A stretch of DNA of 46,220 nucleotides from Patellaria atrata CBS 101060 (taxonomy: Eukaryota), in assembly GCA_010093705.1 (NCBI GenBank), contig MU006103.1, positions 434,001 to 480,220 of the forward strand, given 5' to 3'. The notes under the pieces are model-generated. The model ran no database searches. It saw only the letters and a list, made by a program, of their open reading frames with translations, and had not been told where the DNA came from. Shown one piece after another: positions 37,964 through 46,220 of this stretch (the stretch's first letter is position 1; the number at the start of each line of letters is the position of its first letter). Made by a program: the position numbers and the translations under genes.

Positions 37964-40900
37964 ATGAACTCGACAAGTCGTGATGGATGGCCACCATCAC
38001 AAGGTACCGGAGCCAATCTTACAAATGGCCCCCCGGTTGGTGAACAATCCCTTGCCCAGGGACCAAGAGCGCTAGGATTCTCGTGAGTCTTCCCGTCTCA
38101 CCTTTTCAAATCTTGTATATCCTTTCATGAGATCAGCTTCTCAAACCTTCCATCCAACGTGTGTGTGAACGAATCTAACGTCTTCGTGGCAGAGCAACTC
38201 CTCATACCCAGCAGCACCCACAGCAACCTGCGGCGCCTGGGGGTAGTCATGTTCTCCCTCCACCTTCTGGTACGTGGAACACGTCATACTTTGCTGTTGC
38301 AGATCTCGATACTCTTGCTCCTTTATAAACAGTACTGATAGTTTTCCATAGGACCGTTCTTTTCTCCGCAGCAACCTGGGCATCTACCCTCATTGCCTAC
38401 TCTTTCCCAACCTTCTCAAACATCCCCTCGACAATCTAGTCAGAGACCTACTTCAGCCACACACGAGTCACTATCGGCTGCACAGCAGCACCAAGTTGGG
38501 CATCAGTCGGGAGCTTTCTCTCTCCCTACAATCAACCAGGCCTTGCATTCTCAGAACCTTGCTCAGCCCCATCCCACGGCGGACCGAGACAGATCTCATA
38601 GAGAAGTTCCCGCTGATATCAGGGACACACACCTCGAGGAAGCGGCCTCTCGAGAAGCGGAACAAAGAGAGCGTGAGATGCGTCAGATGCGAGACCGACA
38701 GCAGTTGGAGCAACCCACACACGAGAACAATGTTAGTGCCACGCATTTGCATCAGCCCCAGGCTGTAGGGCCCCAGATCCGTGCGATGCATGGGCCTAAC
38801 GGTTTACTCGGTAACAGCGGCTCTATCGGCGGAAGCACTCTGTCGGCTTCACTCGGGGCTCCCAGCGGACCTGGGAATATTTTTGTGGCGAATAACAACC
38901 AACAAAATGATTCAGGCAACAGGGTCCAGCAACAAGCATCACAGCAAGCACAGCATTCGCTCCTCATGCCATTTGGGGGTGCTACTGCCGTTCCGTCAGC
39001 TCCACTAGGTATGGGTCAGGGACAACAACCCATCTTGAACGATGCGCTTAGCTACCTTGATCAAGTAAAAGTCCAATTTGCCGACCACCCTGACGTGTAC
39101 AATAAGTTTCTTGATATCATGAAAGACTTCAAAAGTGGAGCAATCGATACACCAGGAGTAATCGAAAGGGTCTCGAATCTATTCGCAGGTCACCCTAATC
39201 TTATCCAGGGTTTCAATACGTTTCTTCCCCCAGGGTACAAGATTGAATGCGGAACAAGTGATGATCCGAACGCGATAAGAGTAACAACCCCGATGGGTAC
39301 GACTGTCTCATCGATGCCCGTGCCACGAGCCCTCTCACCACGGGGAGCGCCAGTTAATGGGAATGCTGGACCGGACAGAACCTTTTACGAAGGCGCAAGA
39401 GCTCCAGCATGGAGTCAGACGCCTGGTACTGCGGCGCAAGATGTGATTTTTAGCCCGGGAAACCGCATACCACAACCTTCTTTTGGAACCCAGAACAACC
39501 AGCCTGCGCCTGCACCGCTTTCACCGGAAACACAACGGGATCATCAAATTGTAGCTGCGTTAACGCACCAGCAGGAGCAAAGAGGAGTCTCTCAGCTACA
39601 GAATGCTGCGTCGGCCGTTGGCGGGGCGCGGCCAGGTTTCCTTTCACCTCCAAGCGGTTCCAATTTGCCGTTACCACCGCAATCTCTCAATGGGATTCCC
39701 CCTCTTGGCCCTCAGACTGCCGGGAGCGCAGCAGAAAAAAGAGGCCCTGTGGAGTTCAACCATGCTATAAGCTATGTCAATAAGATAAAGGTATGGGCTA
39801 CTTTACGGGTTATTTCCAAAGACTAATATGCTGTAGAATCGCTTTGCACAACAACCGGATATTTATAAGCAGTTCCTTGAAATTTTGCAAACATATCAAA
39901 GGGAGTCTAAACCGATACAAGACGTATATGCCCAAGTAACTCAGTTATTCAATGCAGCACCCGACTTGCTAGAAGACTTTAAACAATTCTTACCAGAGTC
40001 CGCCGCACAAGCTAAAGCGGCAGCAGCTCGTCAGGCTGCTGAAGATCAGGCTCCTACAAGCAATGTGCGAGGTGAATTAAGCTACGCAGCTGCTCAACAA
40101 CAAGTTCAACAAACCCCTCGCCCTGAGCAGCAACCTCGAATGCCTCCCGTGGGGCAGTTCGGTCCCGGACATACATCTAATCGTGATGGTAAGAGGAAGC
40201 GCAATGATAGGCTCGTGATCACTCCTGCTGTAGTAACACCTGATTCGGGGAGTGTGGCCGCGCGTGCTGGCTACGGCCCTGGAAACTCCTTGAATAAGGT
40301 ACGTTCTCTCTATTGAAAAGTAGCACGTGCAAATCACTTTTTCGTACTATTCTGTTGCCCCTCTATTGTAAGGTGTGAATGAACAGTATCAATGACTCTG
40401 TTGAGCACGGACCACTATATTTCCTTCCTCCTCGCGGCGGACTTCTTCGACCACAAAGATTCTTTTCTCAAACATCTTCCCAGTAACGAAACTCATTATC
40501 TTCCCTTCCAAGGATAATTTCCTAAACTCTTATTCTATTTCCTAAGACTGCAATTTCATCTTCTCCTAGACCATGAGGTTCGCGATCTGCAAACAACATT
40601 TCCCCCTTACAGATCTCAGAGACACCTCTTCTTCAAGTCTCAGTGATTGCCCATCTTTAGAGTTTGAATCAGCATACACGAGTAGCGATGAGATCAATGG
40701 AACTGATGATAGTTTTCCTCAGAGAGTCAAGCAGCATGGCGCAAAGCAGGCCTCAGCGTCAGATGCTCCCACAGTTTCTCCTACCTTGATTCCAGCTCTT
40801 CCAGAGCCGCTGCCTCCAACTACTACGCTCCTCGCCAGCCAGGAAGACCTCGCGTTCTTTGATCGGGTTAAGAAGTTCATCAACAACAAGGGCATGATGA

Positions 40901-43561
40901 ACGAATTTCTAAAACTGTGCAACTTGTACTCAAACGACATCATTGACAGGGCCACCTTGTTTTATCGCGCTCAGCACTACTTCGGTGGTAACGCTGATCT
41001 AATGACTTCATTTAGGACTTTCATCAAGTACGAAAGTAAAGAAGAAATTATCGAGAACCGCGCTCGACCTATGTCTGAGACCGTAGCACTCAACAAATGT
41101 CGCGGCCACGGACCAAGCTATCGTCTGCTTCCAAAGCGAGTCAGTATTTTATTCTGTTACTGTTCAAATCCCTCCATTCATGCTCCAGTTTCTGACGCCA
41201 TTTTTAATTTGTTATAGGAGCGTTTGAAAGTTTGCAGTGGACGTGACGAGCTCTGTCAAGAGGTCCTCAACGATGACTGGGCATCGCATCCTACATGGGC
41301 CTCTGAAGATTCCGGATTTGTCGCTCATCGAAAAAATGTGCATGAGGAAAGTCTACATCGCATCGAAGAGGAGCGTCACGACTATGATTTCAACATCGAG
41401 GCCTGCCAGAGGACGATCCAGTTACTAGAACCCATCGCACAGACACTTCGATTAGGCAGCAATGACGAACGCCAAAGCTTTGTTCTACATCCGGGATTAG
41501 GAGGGCAAAGCGAGACGATATACAAGCGAGTCATCGTAAAGCTCTACGGTAGGGACAGGGCACGCGAGGTTATCACACGCCTCTTTGCACAGCCGTGGAG
41601 CGTGATACCAGTCCTTCTCTCTCGCATGAAGCAGAAATTAGAGGAATGGAAAGCCGCCCAGGTAAAATATCTTGCATTAAGTTTCTTATGGCATGTACTA
41701 ATTTCTTGAACTAGCGAGAGTGGGAGAAAATCTGGAGAGAACAGACACAGAAAGTATTTTGGAAGAGTCTGGATCACCAGAGTGCTGGGACCCGCGCAGG
41801 AGACAGGAAACAATTTCAGTCTAAGACTCTTCTCTCAGAGATCTCCGTCAGGGCCGAAGAACAAAGGCGTCAGCGCTATGTTCAGAATTTGCCCGTCAAA
41901 AGATATCAATTTGCATACACCATCGATGATATTGATGTTCTATTTGACGTTGCTCACCTTGTCCTTGTCTATGCCGAGCAGTCTACGAATACCACCGACT
42001 ATCCGAAACTTCTCGAGTTCTTGAAGACCTTCATTCCTCTGTTCTTCGGCATTGACCGCGACGGATTCGAGGTCCGACTTGCAGAAGAGGTTGAAAATTC
42101 TTCACCACCTGAAGATGCCGAAATTGAGAACGCTGCTTCTGATGAAGGTCCCTCATCTCGTACGCTCAAATCTAACGGAAAGCGCCCACATGATCTTCTC
42201 AGAGATGTGCTGGACAGGGGCCGTAATAAGAGACCTAGGAGGGAGAAGGACGATAGCGTGGCATCGGAAACCAGGGGCAGTACTCCAGAGATATCTTCCG
42301 CCATAGATGAAGAGATTACTGGCGATGTCAGTAGTCCTACTGGAAGCGGAAGTAATCCAGACCCCCCAAGCAATAGATGGCTCGATTATCCCGATTCCGG
42401 CAACATCGCCAACAAACCGGAAATTGCCCCAAACGAACCATACAAGCGGCACACGTACAATATGTACGCAAATGTTCAGATCTACTGCTTCTTCAGGATG
42501 TTTGTCATGCTCTACGAAAGGCTTCTCAATCTCAAAAAGAGTGAACCAGATGTTCACAAGGTCATCCGCCGTGCGAAAGATGCAAAACCTGGCCATCAGA
42601 TGAAAATTATTGACAAAACTCCCGATGACTTCTTCGGTAACACCGGGCCTGATGCGAACTACTACAAACAGATTCTTGGACTCTTCCATGAACATATCAA
42701 CGGTCATGTGGATAATGAGCAGGTACAAGAGACTTTGAGGCGCTTTTACCTCCATGTAGGGTTCCACTTAAATTCTGTCAGCCATCTTGTTAGTGCTCTA
42801 GCGCGATTTGCTCTAGGTATACACTCAGATGATCCGAAAGATAAGACTAAAGACATCTACAATCTCTTCAAAAAAGATCGTGTTAGGGAAGTTACCACGC
42901 ACCAAGATGAGATCACTTATAGGAAACAAGTGGAAAAATTCATCAAGGAGGGAGAGTGTTTCCGGATCACTTTTGTAAGTCACGAGCAGCAAAGACCGAG
43001 TCATCAAGCGCTAACTATGCCAAGGATCAACATGACATGGCTGTATTTATTCGAATCTTCAAAAAGGATGACATGACCTTTGATACGAGCACTCTGGATG
43101 CGGAGAGGCGTTGGTCCTACTATATCACATCCTGGTGCTTACTCGACCCTACTGAAGGCATCGTCTACGACAAACTGAACATGCCCATCCTACAACACAC
43201 TGCGTTAAGGCCAGATGATGAAGACGTTAGCAATGTTGATAACAAGGAAAAGTTGATTATTCGCGTGGCGACGGAGAACTTTAAAACCTTCTTTGAATCA
43301 AATACCGAGGAGTACTCAGTGTCCCTAAAGCCAGAATCTGCGATCATGGTTGGTGATAAGGAAGAAATGAGATCTGAGCATAGGAATCGCCGTAAATCGG
43401 CACAGGAGAGACTCAGCATGAACAATACATGGATGAAAGATCTTAGTAAGGATGATGTGGACCACCAAAAGCATATCTTTACCGAAGCTGTCAAGAGCGC
43501 GGAGGAGGATCAAGTGGAGGATGAAGAGGAAGCTGAAATTATAGCTACTGAATCCAATTAG
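37964..43561 (+). CDS. SIN3: Sin3 transcriptional corepressor (PAH1-3, HID, Sin3_C)
   Basis: [11 protein letters not shown]... start; PAH1 [35 protein letters not shown]2 [32 protein letters not shown]3 [31 protein letters not shown]|..[38 protein letters not shown]; seven introns. Confidence 0.96.
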
Positions 43562-44001
43562 AAGAACGAAGGGGAAATAGCAGAAGTGTAGGCGGGGTGT
43601 GGATACACCGGATATACGGCGTTGGTAAGGTGATGGGTCAATAGTTTTGAGGGCAGCGGTGATACCTTTTTGAGGCGGTTATTTGGGTCATTCGTCATGG
43701 ATCTCTTCCATATTGCGAGTGACAACTTATCATGAGCTTTCTAGATTGAGTAAACATACATACCCTAGCCTGAATCAATCCGTAAACTCTTATTCTCGAA
43801 TGTTTCCAATGTCCACCATCATTGCGTCATCGCTAGGACATTGTTGTGCTCTTGCTCTCGGAAGTAGTGAGGGGCATGCATTCGTAAGGTATGTATTCTC
43901 CGTGTCCGGATGTGAGCCATGCTTAGGTTAAGGAACCACCTCATTACCTTTATATCTGTTGAACTACCACAAGTCTCTTTGACTCAATTATATTGTTCAC
44001 A

Positions 44002-44845
44002 ATGGCTTTAGCACCCAAGTTCATAGGCCAGAAGTTTGCGGCCGGGATATCTCCCACCACGACTCACACGCTCGACATATGTAAGGTACCGTTACATTAT
44101 AGTATCAACACCCCCACATAAGCTTGCTACAATGCTAAAGATAAAAATCGTATATCAGATCTCGACTATGTCTGCCCCGTACGTTCTACATCGCCCATCG
44201 ATATCAACCCTTGTTTCCAGCCCGAGCATCACAGTTTCCTTACTATGCTCTAACCTAGACCAGTTCTCCCGCAAAATGTTTAACAGCCTTTACACGCACG
44301 TCCTTCCGACCGTCGAGACTCGCTATAGGGGCAAGCTCGCCATCATATTCCGCCAGCAGATCCAGCCATGGCATCCGTCCAGCACGTTGACGCACGAGGC
44401 CGGCGCGGCGGTGCTCAAGCTCGCGCCGAACAAGTTCTACGAGTTTAGCTATAAGCTGTTCGAAAAGCAGACGGAGTTCTTCGACGTCAGTGTTGTGAAT
44501 GAGACTAGGAATCAGACGTATAAGAGGCTCGCGGAGATTGCAGGGAGTGTAGGGGTAGATGAAGGGGAGGTATTTAGGTTATTGGAGATCCAGGATACGC
44601 CGGGAGAGGATGGGAGTTTGAATAGTGGGAATGGGATTACGGATGATTTGAAGGTCTTGGTGAAGGTTAATCGGCTAGTTGGGATTCACGTCACTCCGAC
44701 GGTGATATTCAATGTATGGAGATCTGATCTTTTGGGTTCTTTTTAGGGGAGTGCTAACTGGTGATAGGGTGCGGTGGAGAACGCAATATCTAGTAGCTTC
44801 ACAAAGGAACAGTGGGAAGAGTGGTTAGAGAAGAATATCACGTAA
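44002..44845 (+). CDS. DsbA/thioredoxin-fold protein with a single-Cys CPFS motif
   Basis: MALAPKFIGQKF...HTLDIY|LDYVCP|FSRKMF (20-nt microexon 44159-44178), FRQQIQPWHPSS, cis-Pro motif GIHVTPTVIFN|G, ending QWEEWLEKNIT-TAA; three introns. Confidence 0.88.
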
Positions 44846-45443
44846 GATGGGAGATTGAAGACATGAAGTTGATTTATGGCATGGATGACTTTCTTTGTAG
44901 TTGTGTATATATCTGGTATGAAGTACATAATAATAAGAGGCGCACCTGCTCCATTGATGCTACGTACCTTCCAGTTGCTTGCTTGTACAGTCCAGTACCT
45001 AAGGTATCGTACCTTCCGTTATCCGGAGCCTTGGCACTTAGAATGGGAAGGTAGGTAGAGACTCTGCAGGTATCTCCCAGTCTTCTTCTCATCTTTCTCT
45101 ACAAATGTTCTCTGCCTCTCTCTGCAATTCAGTTTAACGATTCCTCAATCCAGCGACCGAACAAGCTGGATTCGAACAGATCGACACGGGCTCATTCCGT
45201 TTTTCGAGAAATCTGGTGAAAGCGAAATGTAAGGTTCTCCTATTATCGTCCTATTAAGAGATGAAGTTTCGGCATCCCCAACGAGTCTAGATAGGGAAAG
45301 TTGACCTACCTTATCCGATGAATAATAAAGAGTCTCAGCTTGGCCAGATCGGATCAGGCTTTGGCGGTTATACAAGACCGCCATGCTCATTCGACGCGTC
45401 AAGGTATAGTCCTATGGACGGGTCTCACTGCCGATTACATGTA

Positions 45444-45614
45444 CAGCACCCGATTTTCTACGGTCGTTAGCGCATCCTACAGGCACGGTTCAGCGTAAAA
45501 ATACAGCCAGTTATTCATCCAGAACGTTCTCTTTGATGATACCGGATTGGCTTAATTCTGAAACGAAGACGTGATTAGACGGGAACGCTAACGACCGTAG
45601 AAAATCGAGTGCTG
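45444..45614. mobile_element. MITE, Tc1/mariner-like (171 bp, 29-bp TIRs, TA target-site duplication)
   Basis: TA|CAGCACCCGATTTTCTACGGTCGTTAGCG ... CGCTAACGACCGTAGAAAATCGAGTGCTG|TA: terminal inverted repeats with one mismatch, TA on both flanks, non-coding interior. Confidence 0.8.
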
Positions 45615-46220
45615 TACTGCATACATGATACGTGCTCCAAGGATACAGATACGGCTGTAATCTAGGCGGAGAAAGTAACGCTGCGACAGAGCGTTCCAGA
45701 TGTCCGACGGGTGCTGTGCCTCACTACGGAGTACTGTACTGTGGTACACTTTAGGTTCGAGGTTTGCAAATTTCAGTCACCTTTTTGCTTGTCGAACTTG
45801 ATATCCCAAGACTTCGGTACGGGCGGCAGCGATGGGAGAACCCGAGAAAAAAATATCGGGAAAGATGGATTGTCCTTTCTTTACTACTCAGTGCCCCCTG
45901 CTTTCTCAATTCTCATCCGTACGGTATGACACAGTCGTCTTCCGAGTGGATGAGAGAGAGTCTCGAAAGTCGTCATTCTTGAGGTGAGTGCGCTTGCACG
46001 ACTCAGATCCTTGTCCGAATGTGGCTGGAGAGCGTAACTTAGAACATTTCAAAACTCGTCACACCAAAATTTTCCGTGTTTTCACGATAATCGCCATATT
46101 GCATGATATCCGGGACCTATCATTATACTAACGCTATGGATAGGAACCAGGCGGTGAGTTTGGAACTCATCTCCTTTTACCCTTCAGGTTATTATTCTGA
46201 TTTCGCTTTCTTTCTTTTTT

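Overview
Eukaryotic DNA from a filamentous ascomycete (Pezizomycotina), judged from short GT-AG introns with CTRAC/CTRAY branch points and fungal housekeeping orthologues. Most entries in the ORF track are exon fragments or antisense shadows, so genes were rebuilt by hand. Fifteen genes, in order: kinesin-3 3' end (+), TMA22/DENR (-), DJ-1/PfpI protein (-), a 4-exon secreted Cys-rich protein that the ORF track misses (+), then after a ~7.4 kb gene-poor stretch alpha-tubulin (-), methylmalonate-semialdehyde dehydrogenase (-), calnexin (-), an unnamed ERCC4/HhH-like protein (-), OPA3-like (-), polo kinase (+), myosin I (+), GH3 beta-glucosidase (+), Sin3 (+) and a DsbA-like protein (+). A 171-bp TA-flanked MITE lies near the right end. 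The best novelty candidate is the gene at 6311-7216: a signal peptide, two beta-defensin-like 6-Cys modules and a bacterial-type (Sip/VldE-like, LAS-fold) Zn-peptidase domain, suggesting a horizontally acquired, intron-domesticated antibacterial effector. Other leads are a probable Spo16/FAAP24-like protein, an oversized Sin3 intron that could generate isoforms, and a cluster of PKA sites inserted into the DJ-1 fold. All family calls come from motif recognition; no database searches were run.
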